A DNA stretch of 64,000 bases. Origin: Octopus bimaculoides. Taxonomy: Eukaryota. The stretch lies in the NCBI RefSeq assembly GCF_001194135.2, contig NC_068997.1, forward strand, positions 55,794,231 through 55,858,230, written 5' to 3'. A program made the position numbers and the translations under genes. Below are positions 1-12,302 of the stretch, piece by piece (position 1 is the first letter of the stretch; every line of letters starts with the position of its first letter). The notes beneath the pieces were generated by a model. The model made no database searches and was not told the origin of the DNA. It worked only from the letters and a program-made list of their open reading frames with translations.

Positions 1-13
1 AACATTTGATGTT

Positions 14-14
<1 letters not shown>

Positions 15-69
<55 letters not shown>

Positions 70-92
70 TGATGATAATAATAATGATGATG
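15..92. repeat. (AAT)n/(GAT)n microsatellite
   Basis: Direct trinucleotide repeat. Confidence 0.95.
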
Positions 93-197
93 TTAAAGCA
101 GTACATTCCATTTGTCTTTAGACAGACAGGAAGAAAGTTCATATTTCTTAATGTTGTTTAGCTCCTAGTCTAACCCTGTCCCAATAAACTTCTAATT

Positions 198-550
198 CAA
201 TGGCCCTCAATCTGGGTCCTTATGTTTCCAGAGGTTCACATAAGATTTTGTGGGGTTCATACAAGCAAAAGAGTATATTAGGGTTCCATATTAGCGTTTT
301 AAAGATCAGCAAAACAAACTTGATTTAGATCTGTTTATTGCTTGAAACAGCCATGATTCTTTCTCTAAGGTTTTACTTAGTTCAGCAGACATAAATGAAT
401 GCGTGAAAAACAGAATGAGAATTTTGAAAGAAATATCAATAAAACCAGATTTTAAGCATCGAATGGCTACATAGGGGTGGGGGTGGGGTCCGCAAGAGTA
501 AATTAGTAATCAGAATAGTTCATAAAAAAAAACATGGTTGAGAAATATTG
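198..550. mobile_element. Non-autonomous hAT (Charlie-like) MITE
   Basis: Degenerate TIRs caatggccctcaatc / rc caatatttctcaacc resemble CAGTGGTTCTCAACC. Flanked by 8-bp TSD ttctaatt (190-197) / ttctaatg (551-558). Confidence 0.65.
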
Positions 551-861
551 TTCTAATGAAAGCTTTGATTAGAAGTCTTTGGCATTGCATTGATTCTATG
601 GTCTGGTTCCAAATATAGAACACCTAGGGCTAAATTAATAAATCCTTCCTTTTTTAAGAGAGCAAGGTGTGATTTGAAGAATATTTCATTGATATTTCTA
701 ACAAACTAAGCTTCTCATTCTTTTTTCTTTTGTTACATACTGTATATCTTGTACTACATTTCTGAATGTGTCCTTCTCTGTTAGGTGATATAGATAATAA
801 TTTGAGGAAGATTTAGTTACTATTTCTTACAAAACATCATAGTCTTCTGTTGTATCTTTGT

Positions 862-1240
862 CTTTTATCTTTTACTTGTTTCAATTATTACTCTGAGGCC
901 ATGCTGGGGCACTGCTCTGAAGAGGTTTAGCTGAATACATTGTGCCAGTACTTTTGCCTTAAGCCCAGTACTTATTCTATCAGTTTCTTTTGTTGAACTG
1001 CTAAGTTATGGGCATATAAACACACCAACACCAGTTCTCAAGCAGTGTAGGAGGACCAGCACACACACACATATGTATGGTGGGTTTCTTTCCGTTTCTG
1101 TCTACTGAATCCACTCACAAGGCTTTGGTTGGTACAAATTTATAGTAGAAGACACTTGCTCAAGGTGTCACACACTGGGACTGAACCTAGAACTATGTGG
1201 TTGGTAAGGCAACTTCTTTACCTACAGCCATGCTTGTGCC
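862..1240 (-). mobile_element. tRNA-derived SINE, family A (near full length)
   Basis: Reverse complement of the family A copy at 32436-32820: tRNA-like head, ttgagcaagtgtcttctactata core, (TG)n spacer, gaaacaagtaaaaga tail. Confidence 0.85.
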
Positions 1241-1262
1241 TATATATATTTGATTTTCCTTC

Positions 1263-1405
1263 AGGCATGAAAATGTGGTTAAAAGGTTTGCTTTGCAACC
1301 ATGTGGATTGGGGATCAGTCCTCTGAATGGCACATTTGCCCTCAAGCCAAACTTAAACATGCAGGTGGATTTAGTAGAAGGAAACTGAAAAAAAAAACCT
1401 GCCAT
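1263..1405 (+). mobile_element. SINE family A head remnant
   Basis: Degenerate ggcatg..gtggttaa..aaccatgtgg..cagtcc and gtggatttagtagaaggaaactgaa. Confidence 0.6.
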
Positions 1406-1624
1406 TCAAAGATGGTGTCCCAGTAAAAGAATAAAAGACTGTGTGTGTATGGATGGGGTCTCATGTCTTCAGGTCTCAACATCATACACTGGCCATAAAT
1501 GAGCCCCACCATCATAAAAGTGGTAGCATTCACTTGTGGTCTTCTGTGAAATCATGCCTAACTATTACACTGTTCATATTTGAAGGACTTGGAAAAAATA
1601 GTTCCTTATTTGGAAGAAGCTGGG

Positions 1625-1722
1625 AGATGGCAGCAGCAAAGGTATCCAGTTAAAGACAATTTGCATCATCAAATCTCATCTGACCCATGCAAGCTGGGAA
1701 TAGAGGACATTAAAAAATAATA
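1625..1722 (+). mobile_element. Family C retroposon 3' tail
   Basis: tctgacccatgcaagc..ggacattaaa tail shared with 18330-18455, 29455-29600 and 44175-44345. Confidence 0.6.
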
Positions 1723-2272
1723 ATGTTTATTCCAGTATTGTTACACTTAACTATACTAAACTAAATTTTATTGCACAGTTCATTGCATGTTTTATTAGCT
1801 TTTCTCATCTTCTTCTCCATGAACTCATCTATTTTATAATTAGAGAGCATCACACTAAGGCAGTAACTTGTCCTTTACTTACCGAGAAAATATAAAAGAA
1901 TTTAAATACCAGAAACACAGATTTAATGATACAAGCCTACATGCACTTATATATATGTATATACACACACATACATATGCAAACATATATGCACATACAC
2001 ACACTTTCTAATCACCAATAAAATGCCAATGTCTTAAGGAAATAGTCTAGTTAATGTCCTCATTAACCAGTTCTATGTCATAAGGATATTAAACATTGGG
2101 AGAATTGGAAATTAAGTCTGTAAAGTAAGATTATTATTTGTTGAGTTACAGCAAGTTAGTTTTCTCTGTACATGTATGTGTGTATGTATATATACATTAT
2201 AAATATGCAACTATGCATATATATACAGATGTGTGTGTATATCTATATGTTTAAGTATTTTTGTTTCGTCAG

Positions 2273-2321
<49 letters not shown>

Positions 2322-2464
2322 NNNNNNNNNNCTGCATATAAAAGTTCCTGTTTTATTATGCCAGCGACAGCCTAATGATATCAACTGGCAATAGTATTTT
2401 TGGGGGGGAGGGTTGTACTGAGCTGTGCCAATATTATGTAGGATAAATATAGTAATAATAATGA

Positions 2465-2553
2465 TAATAATCCATGGATGGGATTCATAAATATTTTAAT
2501 GCATTGCTATGCATGTAGTGATGCATTAAAATATTTATAAATTCCATCCATGG

Positions 2554-2560
<7 letters not shown>
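2465..2560. repeat. ~40-bp inverted repeat with 16-nt spacer (hairpin/MITE-like)
   Basis: Arms 2465-2504 and 2521-2560 differ at 3 positions; flanked by (AAT)n on the left and (TTA)n on the right. Confidence 0.9.
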
Positions 2561-2620
<60 letters not shown>

Positions 2621-2689
2621 ACAATATAGAATATGGAGACTTGTTAATCCTCGTAATTTATTTCCTCTTATTTTACAATTCCATACAGC

Positions 2690-2945
2690 AAATTTCTATG
2701 GTTGTTACGACCTACGTGTGTTTCCACTGCACAGAAAATCATGCCCAGTTGCATGTGCAACAGTCCATACTTTGTGCAGTCACAAACATGATTGACATCC
2801 ACACAGTTTCCATTTACCAATTCCACTCACAAGGCATTGGTTAGTCCAGATCTAAAGTAAAAGACACTTGCCCAAAACGCTATGCTGTGGGACTGAACCT
2901 GAATCCATGAGGTTGCAAAACAAGCTTCTTAATCACACAGCCATG
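2690..2945 (-). mobile_element. SINE family A, 5' part
   Basis: ccactcacaaggc..agacacttgccca..gggactgaacc..cacacagccatg. Confidence 0.75.
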
Positions 2946-3661
2946 AATCATTGATTAATGGCTTAATTATAGGAAAAAAAATTATAATAACATAAAACCA
3001 GTTATAGGAAAACCAAACTGTACAAATACATGCATTATAAAATGTATATATATCTATACATATAGGCGCATATACTTTTACATACAGCATAGGTACCACT
3101 AGGAAATCTTTTGATTGTATATTGGTTGCTAAAGTAATATTAGAATTGTTAATTCAGACAAAATGTTTAATTTTATTTTCATTCATTAATTTTTTATTAA
3201 ATTTGGGTCAAATCTTACACCGAAGAAGAAGCAATAGCAATTTGTGTGCTGAAAGCTAGCATGTACACTGCTCTGTGTATGTGTATGTCTATGTATGTGT
3301 GTGTCTCTCTTTTCCCAGTTTCAGAGAATAAGCTGGCATTTGCTGTAATGAAAAAATGTGCCGTATATTTTCTAGTGTTCTATACCTATTGTTTTATTGC
3401 CAAAACCTGGCTGTTTCTCTTTACAAGTCTATTATAGCAATTTGCATATGAATGCACTCACAGGAGGATAAAACTATTTTCACAACATAGAGCAGCCTAA
3501 TTTGATATTAATTCATAACATGAGTGCAGACGACAGAATTAATAGGATATTAGGTAAACCAGCTGGTCATTTAATAATATGCAGCTATCACTGCCAGTGT
3601 GTTTGCGTGCATAGAAACGTTATGCAGCTCTCTATGGTCCTGTGTACTCAGATCTAATTAG

Positions 3662-3823
3662 ATATTGCAGAGTGACATGTTTTTGTCTGTGAAAACAGTA
3701 GAAGCATTGCAAGCAGGCGAGACAGTTAAAGATCTTCAAGTGTCAAGTTCGAATTTTCTTTTGACTTTGGAGAAATGGTGTAAAGAGAAACGACTTCATA
3801 GTGTTGCTTCTTTAAATATTTAA
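3662..3823 (+). CDS. Candidate terminal coding exon, unknown protein (ILQSDMFLSVKTVEALQAGETVKDLQVSSSNFLLTLEKWCKEKRLHSVASLNI*)
   Basis: 54 open codons after AG acceptors (ttag 3661, tgcag 3670) in repeat-free DNA. No homology recognised. Confidence 0.2.
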   Translation: MLQSDMFLSVKTVEALQAGETVKDLQVSSSNFLLTLEKWCKEKRLHSVASLNI

Positions 3824-4907
3824 ATAAGAACCTCATCAGAAAAGGAGCTCCCGATTGTTCAGGAGAATTACAGGGTTGGCCATCTTCTTTATGTACCATG
3901 CCTACAGGCATTAGCAATCATGGCCCCTACATTTAACTTAGCATGTTAGTGAGTCTGTGTTTTCTCCCTGTGTTTCTGGACTTCTTTCTTTCAGCTCCCC
4001 AGGGGTCACCAAATTTTCAAAGTTTCATCTTTTTACACAGTAGCCAATGAAATTAGTCTATTACCCTTCCCTTAACAAGTTTTCTGGTGGTTTTAGCTCA
4101 TCTAAGGACTTCAACATTAGTTACTCTACACAGGATATCTTCAGCATCACATCTCTATTGTAGTGATAAATTTCAAGTCACACCACGAAATGTAAGAATA
4201 AGTTCAGTGCATTATACTGAAAACATCAAACTATCCTGTATCCCTGCATGTAAATAGATGAATACATCACACAAGTGGTGTATGACAATAGAGTAATTCT
4301 TTGTATTACTCCTTTTCTAATGGTTCACAACCAATGTTTACAAATACTGTTGCTTACATATTGTCACACTACTTCTTTTTAATCATTTGAATAATCTGTA
4401 AAGTAAAATAAGATGTGTGTGTGTGTATACGTGTGTGTGTGTATTTATCAATCAGAGGATCTCAAGACTGAAGAACCTTTTGACTACTGGATTGCAAATA
4501 CATACATACGTACATACATACATACATACATACGTACATACATGCATACATATATACACATTAATGGTTGTTTGTATATATAATTATATATAAAAACAAT
4601 CAAATAAGTATCCCTCAATAACTTTCAGTAGAGTCTCATATTTATTTTATCTTTACAGAAAAGTTGACATTTGTGTATCTGATATCTTTAATCTTGTTTC
4701 CTTCAGCAGGTTTTTCCATTCTTTTTTTTTTTAACTTCACCCTTTTGTTGCATCCACTGCTCTTTTCTTCAGATCATACGTGATAATGGTTTATATTGTA
4801 CATCTTTACTAGGACATCGCTGTAGCTACTTTATTTCAGTTTTCTAATTAATTAATTTTGTGACATTGCTTTGGTGTAATGGTTAGCACAGTTATATGTT
4901 TACATGG

Positions 4908-5120
4908 TAAGGTGGTGAGCTGGCAGAATCGTTAGCACACTGGGCAAAATGCTTAGCAGTATTTCATCCCTCATTACATTCTGAGTTCAAATTCTGCCGT
5001 GGTCGACTTTTCCTTTCATCCTTTCGGGGCCGATAAATTAAGTACCAGTTGCATACTGGGTCGATCTAATTGACTTTCCCCCTCCCCCAAAATGTTGGGC
5101 CTTGTGCCTAAAGTAGAAAA
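4908..5120 (+). mobile_element. tRNA-derived SINE, family B (Meta-SINE-like core)
   Basis: ggtggtgagctggcagaatcgttagc head, gagttcaaattc B box, tttcatcctttcggggccgataaattaagtaccag core. Confidence 0.9.
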
Positions 5121-5639
5121 CTATATGCTTATATGGTATTCAACTCCAGCAGGTATTCCACACACACACACACACATATGTATATACAAACGTATTTCTC
5201 TGACCTTATAAAAAAACCTCAAGAGATTTACAAAGTAAAACAGATAAACACAGATTTGAACCCAGCACTCCAGTGTGTTAAAGTGAACATTTCTGAGATG
5301 CTACTATTATATCCTCATTTTCTCACATGACTCAGATATCAATAATAATATTCACAATTGTTTCTTACACGAGTGAATTGTATGAATTTGCACTGCAAAT
5401 ATAGTTAATCAGAATAGAAAGCTAATGAAACCCTTTTTATTAAACAAAGAACTGACTTCTTACTAAGAGGGTCCCATTCATGAATAGACATATCAGTGAA
5501 TATGTGTGCAATACAATTAACAAGAATAATATAAAAATCAGGAACTAATACAATAAAAGGGTATAGTTCAAAAGAAATGGTAAAACTCGAAGAAGGAAAT
5601 AAGATAAAAGGGATTAAAAGGTTATTTGTATTAAGCAAA

Positions 5640-5764
5640 ATGGATTTCGACAGAAAATGGCTGTCGGTGGCTAAAGGAGTTTTAAGTTTTCATACAACCA
5701 CCAACAATTCAAAGGGACAGGAAACTAAAAAGAACACAAATCCACTATTTAGTATCAATTACTG
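5640..5764 (+). CDS. Candidate first coding exon (MDFDRKWLSVAKGVLSFHTTTNNSKGQETKKNTNPLFSINY|), unknown gene
   Basis: ATG at 5640 in an open frame (5577-5768), perfect GTAAGT donor at 5765, local CpG enrichment 5585-5880. No compatible downstream exon found. Confidence 0.3.
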
Positions 5765-6051
5765 GTAAGTTAAGGGTCTTAGATCAAAGGTCCTGTAACA
5801 ACGGCTGTATACAAATGAAGAGAGAACAACACTAAGCGAACTTTCAGTTATGTTCAACTGACCTTGGAGAGCCGAATGAACAAAGAAGTGAATTAGCATT
5901 TTGCTTCCACACTTTCAAAATTTACTGATAATATCTTGAATTGCAACAAATATCAATAATGAGTGGTGACTACACATAACAGCAAGATCAAATTGAGTTA
6001 TATATTGAAATATTAGAAAATTAAAAGTTTGGCAAAATATCAAGTGGCAAA

Positions 6052-6175
6052 CTACTAAATATAGGGCAAAACAGGTGTTAACGCTTGGGAATGTGAGAAA
6101 GTCTTTTACATTTCGAGCCTTCACTCTTCAACAGAAAGGAACATGAAAAAATAAACAGAGAATAAAACAAGAAAG
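6052..6175 (-). mobile_element. Penelope-like element terminal remnant carrying a hammerhead-like motif
   Basis: Contains the type I hammerhead layout at 6103-6138. Association of such motifs with PLE termini is established; PLE identity of this copy is inferred. Confidence 0.5.
6103..6138 (-). ncRNA. Minimal type I hammerhead-like motif, variant core CUGUUGA
   Basis: Minus strand reads CUUU-CUGUUGA-A-GAGU(GAAG)GCUC-GAAAU-GUA-AAAG. Stem I and stem II pair; stem III is minimal. Confidence 0.5.
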
Positions 6176-7305
6176 CTTTAGTAGTTAGTGGTCAATCGAG
6201 TTGGGGAGAAAGAGAGGGGGAAAGAAAGAGTAATGTTTATATCATTAAAATAATATATTAAAAACTACTTGTTCATTTGTTAATATTTTCCCTCAATTAT
6301 TCGCAGAGAAATATATAATCATTTGTAATTTGTTTATCATAGAAAATTCAATGCCAATATTATCATTGTTTCATATTCTAACTATAACATCCAGCAACTG
6401 AATTAAAAATATGACCAAATTTTATAACTTTTGCAAAATAAAAAGTCTTTTCTGAACGAAATAATGAAGAAGCATTTTCCGTGAAGGAATCTCACAGAGA
6501 ACATAAAAAAGTTCAAGAAGTTCACAGAACTTATAGCTTGCTTTTACTATTTTTTTTTTTTGTATCATGAAAATGAAATTACAATTATGTTGTGCTTTAG
6601 ATAGTTAAGTAGGTTTGCAAAATGCAGTCACAAATGATTCATCTGTTTAGAGTAGAAAAGCTACTTTCACTGTGAATTACATAAATGGTAATAAACAAAT
6701 TAAACAGAACCATTCATTCTACATGATTAAAAATAAATAAGTTTAAATCTACCAAACCTAATGTTCTCAGAAACTTGGCATTAAGAAACAAGATTTAGTG
6801 TCAGTTAGCTATTGACTTCCGAATGTATAATAAATGTTTAAAAAATTGGGTTGTAAAAAACAAAAACAAAACACTGGTTGTCTTAATTAAGAAAGCATAG
6901 GTCAAAGACAGTTCTACAATAAGGTTTTATAGAACATTTTCCAAAGACTGTTGTGAAAGGGGAACAAAATGTGTTAATATTACTGCCATATCTAGAGAAT
7001 TAATTATTGAAATATGAAAAGAACTAGACTGAATACAATGATCAACATTTTCGATAATAACAAATACTTTGAAATGGAATTATTCAGAATGTAGACAAGG
7101 TGATAAATTGTGTGCACACATACACACTCATGCATATATGTGTGCACACACACACACCTAAGATAAGCAGCCGAAAGTTTCGTTCAATCAAATTTCAGCT
7201 CAACTGTACACATCAGCAGATTGATAAAAAATGACTGAATGGTTTAAATTGTGTTTGGCACACATTCAACTTATTGCATTGTCTCTAATGTGATTCATTG
7301 TGCAC

Positions 7306-7880
7306 CAGGGTGTCTGTTTAAAGTTTATGAGAAGTTATTTGGGCCTCCTGGTGGCAGATCGAAATAAGTTCAGTAGTTTGTCTACCGTTGCAGTGAAATG
7401 GTAAATAATCCTAAGATGGTGAAAATGCTTTCACTGTTCATGAGACAGCCACACCTTTGACACACTTTTCATGACTTTTATGAGGTATGCCATTAGGATG
7501 ACTAATGTAGCAGAGCCTTTTATGAATACTTGGTAGTTTGCCATGGGGCCTTTTGTGGTGTAAGTGAAGAATGCATTGTTTGGGTGTTCCAGTGACAGTT
7601 GTGTTGTCCAACGATAGTTTGATGCCCAATACATCTTTTGGGGATGGATTCCTACAAATTTGGAAGAGTATAGATATGAAGTTATTGACTGCACATTTCC
7701 TGATCTTTATGCAAAACAATTTATCCTTTGGTGGCAAGACCATAGGGTTCTTGAACCTTTTTGACAGACATTCTCTCAAAGAAAGTTGATTGAGCTGTTA
7801 TTGTGAACATAGGATTTATTCTTCACTTTGGAAGACAGTGATGAAAAGTCATGTCTGTTATGGGAATGTGACAACAGAAT
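7306..7880 (+). mobile_element. Highly decayed Tc1/mariner-like transposon remnant
   Basis: Begins cagggtgtc (mariner-type TIR start). Broken peptides FCGVSEECIV, MKLLTAHF, AR..LN.FD and LWKTVMKSHV resemble mariner C-terminal motifs (VWCG..IIG, WPARSPDLNPLD, LWG.LK). Confidence 0.35.
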
Positions 7881-7899
7881 GGGGATGACCATCTTCTCA

Positions 7900-8510
7900 A
7901 GACTCAAGTTATTGAGCCACTGTTGCCCACCAGCCATATCTGAACTGTGCCAGTCTGCACAATTCTGCAAAACTTCTGCCACTAAAGCTTGATGTTATCC
8001 CTAAATCTGGTTTTAGGTCTTCCTCTCATTCTTTTACCATATTTTACGCCTGTTAACAGAAACTTGTCAAGGGCTTGCCTTCTAAATATATGGCTGGCAA
8101 AGGTCCATTTTCTTTTCATGATAGTATTTAGCAGTCTTTCCTGGCATTTTATCTTGTGAAGAACCACTCATTAATTCTTATATTCATCCAGCTTATTTGT
8201 TCAAATGCTTTGAGTTTCCTTTGGTTTATTTTTTCTGTATAATCCAGCATTCAGCTCCACAGGAGGCTCTGCTAAATATGAATGAATTTAGGAGTCATAT
8301 TTTTTTGCTCACTATGAGATGGCCTTATTCTTCCTTATGTTGTTCAGTGGGGAGGGCCATGGCTAAGGTAATTTTGTTTTCCTGTTATTGTCAGGATGGA
8401 GTAGTTAGATTCTGATGACAAATTTTGGCTTCTGAGTATCATTGAAGTTGTTGTTGAATGATCATCAAAATCATGAACCAAGTTTTTGACTACCTCTTGG
8501 ATCCTGAAAA
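7900..8510 (-). mobile_element. RTE-clade LINE 3' fragment (end of RT and C-terminus), disrupted
   Basis: Peptides FIFSRASCGAECW, RKLKAFEQ, KRKWTFASHIFRR..GKRMRGRPKTRFRDNIK and AELCRLAQFRYGW are typical RTE C-terminal motifs. Confidence 0.85.
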
Positions 8511-8514
8511 CCTC

Positions 8515-9090
8515 ATTGATTGAGCAATGATATCTCCTACCGACTCTATTGTTGGTTCTATAAATGAGGAAATTATCATGATATTTAAGGGGGAAATAGC
8601 CACTTGTGAAAGAATTTATTCCTGCAATGATGAAGACAATTATCAAATTGAATTTCTAAACAGCTGTAACATTTGGTTGGGTTCCCAGCTCTCATATTTT
8701 ACTTCAACAAAGGGATGTCTTGTAATGCAATTGTGAAATTTAGATAGATTAATGGGATTTGCTATGGAAGAAGAATTCGAATAACACATTTACATGAACG
8801 TATGAATGAAGGTAACATTGTGACAGAAAACATGTCATTGTGGCAAGAATTAAACTGAGACCTTCTGATATCACTCTGAAATTTACACTTACGCAATTAC
8901 AGCTTCTAGTTCAAGTAGATTTCATGATGACAATCAATAAATCTAGATGTGTGTTTAGGTTTGTTCTTCCAAACTCCTCTGTTTGGCATTGAACAAATGC
9001 ATGTAGCTTTGCCAGAATTACACAAGAATTTATAAGTTTAGTGAAAATGTTGAAAAATCTCTAATATTGTGTTCAGTGAAAATTTCCAGT
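8515..9090 (+). mobile_element. Helitron Rep/helicase fragment (PIF1 helicase C-terminal half), disrupted
   Basis: AMISPTDSIVGSINEEI, NYQIEFLNS, KGCLVMQL*NLD, ARIKLRPSD, FMMTINKS, H.QMHVAL and NIVFSE follow the Helitron helicase motif order. Confidence 0.85.
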
Positions 9091-10054
9091 TTTACAAGTT
9101 TACTGTTAACTTTTATACAATTTATTACTTAATTCAGAGTGATTTATATATATTCAAATTAATGGGCCAAGAGAGGAAGTGTTTCCATTCATATAGAAAA
9201 TCTATTGAACTGAAGTTAACCTAAAGCCTATTTTGTATTGTTTTCAATATATAAAAAAAAGTTTAATACAACATACACCATAGCTCAAGTTATTAAATTA
9301 TAATAAAGAATATGTGGTTTTTATTTACCATTGTGAATGTGTTGTTGAATTGTATATGCTTTATTTCATTTTGCTTTTGTTACTTCTTCTTGCTTCTCTT
9401 ATGCTAATATATCCAAAATTTCCTACTCATAAATATTATAAGCTCTTTAGCACAAATAACATTAAGGTTAGCAATTTCTGCCAAGATAATATCACTTTTA
9501 GTATCTAATACTCTTACAGAAAAACATGCATCCACTCAGTCTCCAGCCTGGCAAAACACTTATAACTGCTGATGTCAAGTACTTGTTTACCATGGTGATT
9601 GTAAGCTGTAGTATACAGAACAACATACATTTTACAAGATAGCATTCAGAGAAACTGAACACACTGGAGTAGTGTGTTATATTCCTTAAAGGAAAATCTG
9701 AAATTATTTCCAACTGTCATCACAGATGAAAATTTCTCTCAGGACATTTTCAACTGATTGACCCCCAAAAATAATGTCAGTCAATGACTACAAAGAAATG
9801 GAATAACAAAGAATAAACTCTTTTGCTCTTGAAAGCTAGCCTTGGTCAAGTTGCCTCCCTTACACCATAATAGAGCTCTATAATATCTCACTTCTGCAAT
9901 AAACTCAATGATGTAACATACCTGATCCACTGGGAATCAAGCTTCCAAATGATCAATAAAAAGACTTGCATTCAAGTCATATTTGGCTAAAATTTTCCAA
10001 AAGATGAACATCTAAATTATTAGGAAATGTTTTAGGAAACTCTCAGTAATGGAC

Positions 10055-10058
10055 ACAC

Positions 10059-10112
<54 letters not shown>
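10055..10112. repeat. (CA)n microsatellite
   Basis: Direct repeat. Confidence 0.95.
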
Positions 10113-10114
<2 letters not shown>

Positions 10115-10414
10115 CCTAATTCTCTGTTGGTTATGATGATGAGTGTTCCAGCTGAACCAATCAACCGAACAGTTTGCTCATGAAGTTACCGGGTAAGTTG
10201 CTGAGCACTCTGTAGACATGCATAACCTTAATGGAGAGATTCAAGATGACAAAGTTGACCCTTTGGATTACAGCTACAACTAAATTTTGTCAGTTGAGTG
10301 AACTGGAGCAATGAGAAATAAAGTGTCTTGCTGAAGCACACAATCTCTCACTTGCAATTTATCTCATGACCTTATGACCTTGAGCTGAATACTGTGGCCA
10401 TCAAGCCACACATC
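10113..10414 (-). mobile_element. tRNA-derived SINE, family D (CORE/V-like central segment)
   Basis: Homologous to 49274-49588: actggagcaa..aaataaagtgtcttgct core and tRNA-like head. Confidence 0.8.
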
Positions 10415-10615
10415 TCACACACACAACAGTCCACTGAAACACTTGTACACATGACTGGATATACAAATGAAGATTTTTTGTTCATTTCTTATATTCTTAC
10501 GATTAGTTCTTAATTCATCTACCAAATTACAGACCAATGGTAGCCAGTCCAAGACTACAGCAAAAGATTTCCATGCAATATGAACAAACAGAGAAATAAA
10601 TAGTTGTCATGTGAT

Positions 10616-10652
10616 TTTATTAATTATATAACTCCACCAGTGTCTATTTATT
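10616..10652 (-). terminator. Two AATAAA polyadenylation signals for the minus-strand gene
   Basis: tttatt on + at 10616-10621 and 10647-10652, about 430-470 nt downstream of the stop at 11086. Confidence 0.35.
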
Positions 10653-11085
10653 TGTAATCAAAATACAGAAAATCTTCACAATAATTTGTTCTTACAATGA
10701 CCGCCACCGCAACTCACAAATTTGTAGCAGTAAGAGGAAATATTTTGGTTTGTAGATATTCAAAACAGATGCTGAAAATTTTATCAAGTCTAGAAACAGC
10801 CAGCAATTACTTGCTTCTCCTACTTACTACAGCACAATACTTATTTGATGGGGCTTAACTCTCCAGTGAGAATATTATTGTGAATTCAGTGGCATGAATT
10901 ATCTCTCAATTAAAATTTACAAGTCATAATTTCATTAATGGTAAAGAGCAAATAAAACTACGAAGACCTTTCACTGTAATACTTCAGAGGCCATGGTTTG
11001 GAACAATCTTCTTCATGTGCTCCGCCTACTGGTATCACCAATCAGAGACTGCCAACCCTTCTTGCACCGAACACAACTAAGCACA

Positions 11086-11175
11086 TTATTCGCTTAGCCT
11101 TTCTATAGCTATCTGATAAGGCCGTAGAGTAAATTCTCTCTTTGTCTTCTCAAGTTTCTTCTTCTCCTCATAAAC
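11086..11175 (-). CDS. Last coding exon of an unidentified gene (VYEEKKKLEKTKREFTLRPYQIAIERLSE*)
   Basis: Acceptor tttgcttcaagtttaaag, phase 0, 30 codons ending TAA, charged helical composition. Confidence 0.55.
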   Translation of the reverse strand, partial: VYEEKKKLEKTKREFTLRPYQIAIERLSE

Positions 11176-11515
11176 CTTTAAACTTGAAGCAAATAGAACA
11201 ATGGCATTGTTTATAAGTTAAAATATAACAATAAAATAAACTTGCTATTCTACTTTGCCTTAATTTATACTAAACTGTATTTGTTCTTTCAAATGTCAGT
11301 TTAAAGTTGAATAGCTTGCACAACCCACAAGCTATTCAGCTTCAAAGTGTTAACATTACTAAACTATTGAAATTTTCAGTGATAAAGACTCCCACTGGTC
11401 TCTCTTGTTTTTGGTGAACAGCCAACTTCACAAAGCACTTTTGATTGACATTTTGGGAATAACTTTGTCCAGAGATTTTGTCTATAAATTATGTCCTAAA
11501 TTTAGCTCGAATCAC

Positions 11516-11581
11516 CTCAAGGAAGCTGCGGTTGCTCTGTTGGGCCAAAATATACTGTAGACTTTTGAAATTGCTTGCTCT
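11516..11581 (-). CDS. Internal coding exon (RASNFKSLQYILAQQSNRSFLE)
   Basis: Acceptor gcatcctgtag, donor GAG|GTGATT, 66 nt, phase 0/0, joins both neighbours in frame. Confidence 0.5.
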
Positions 11582-12302
11582 CTACAGGATGCAATATATT
11601 ATATTATGAAAGGCCTTTCCACTATTTGAAACTCAACTTAATCAATAGCATCATGGAAACCTAAAGCCATTTATTTGATTATAAAAAATTGTTTTAGTCA
11701 TAAGTTACAGTTTGTGGTTAATGTTTTGCTATAGTCATCTCTCAGTGTCTTTTGCACATTTATGTAATTGAGCTGACAAAGAAACGTCTATGTTGTTGGT
11801 CAGTTTGTTAGACATAGCAGCCAGATCTTCCTCAAATAACACTTTAGCTAACATATGATAAAGGAAAAAGTAAGAAAGGATCCATTGGATTGTGTAGCTT
11901 TAGATATGATATACCACAAAAAAGGTAGGGTGCTCAGAGGCGGAAAGGCCTTTGACTATGTTTTTACTTATTCAGGGATGACTTGGAGCTCAACAACAAC
12001 AACAATAACAATCAGAAAGTAAGATACATTGAAATTGTGGTGTCAGATATTCTATGTGTGAAAGCAACAAGTCATGTTGGTTATGGTTGCAAGTGCTTTG
12101 ATCCAGGCTGAGTGGGGCTGAACTGAGACTAAACAAAAAGTTCTGTTACTCTGGAAAATGTAGTTCTAGATATGCTATGTCAAAAAAATAAATAGAAATA
12201 AAATAAACTGGTGTGATAGTCATATCTGGAACAACATTAATCCAGGTTTTGCTCCATCAAAGCTAACAGCAACAGCAGTAAAATAAAGTGATATGAACTT
12301 AC

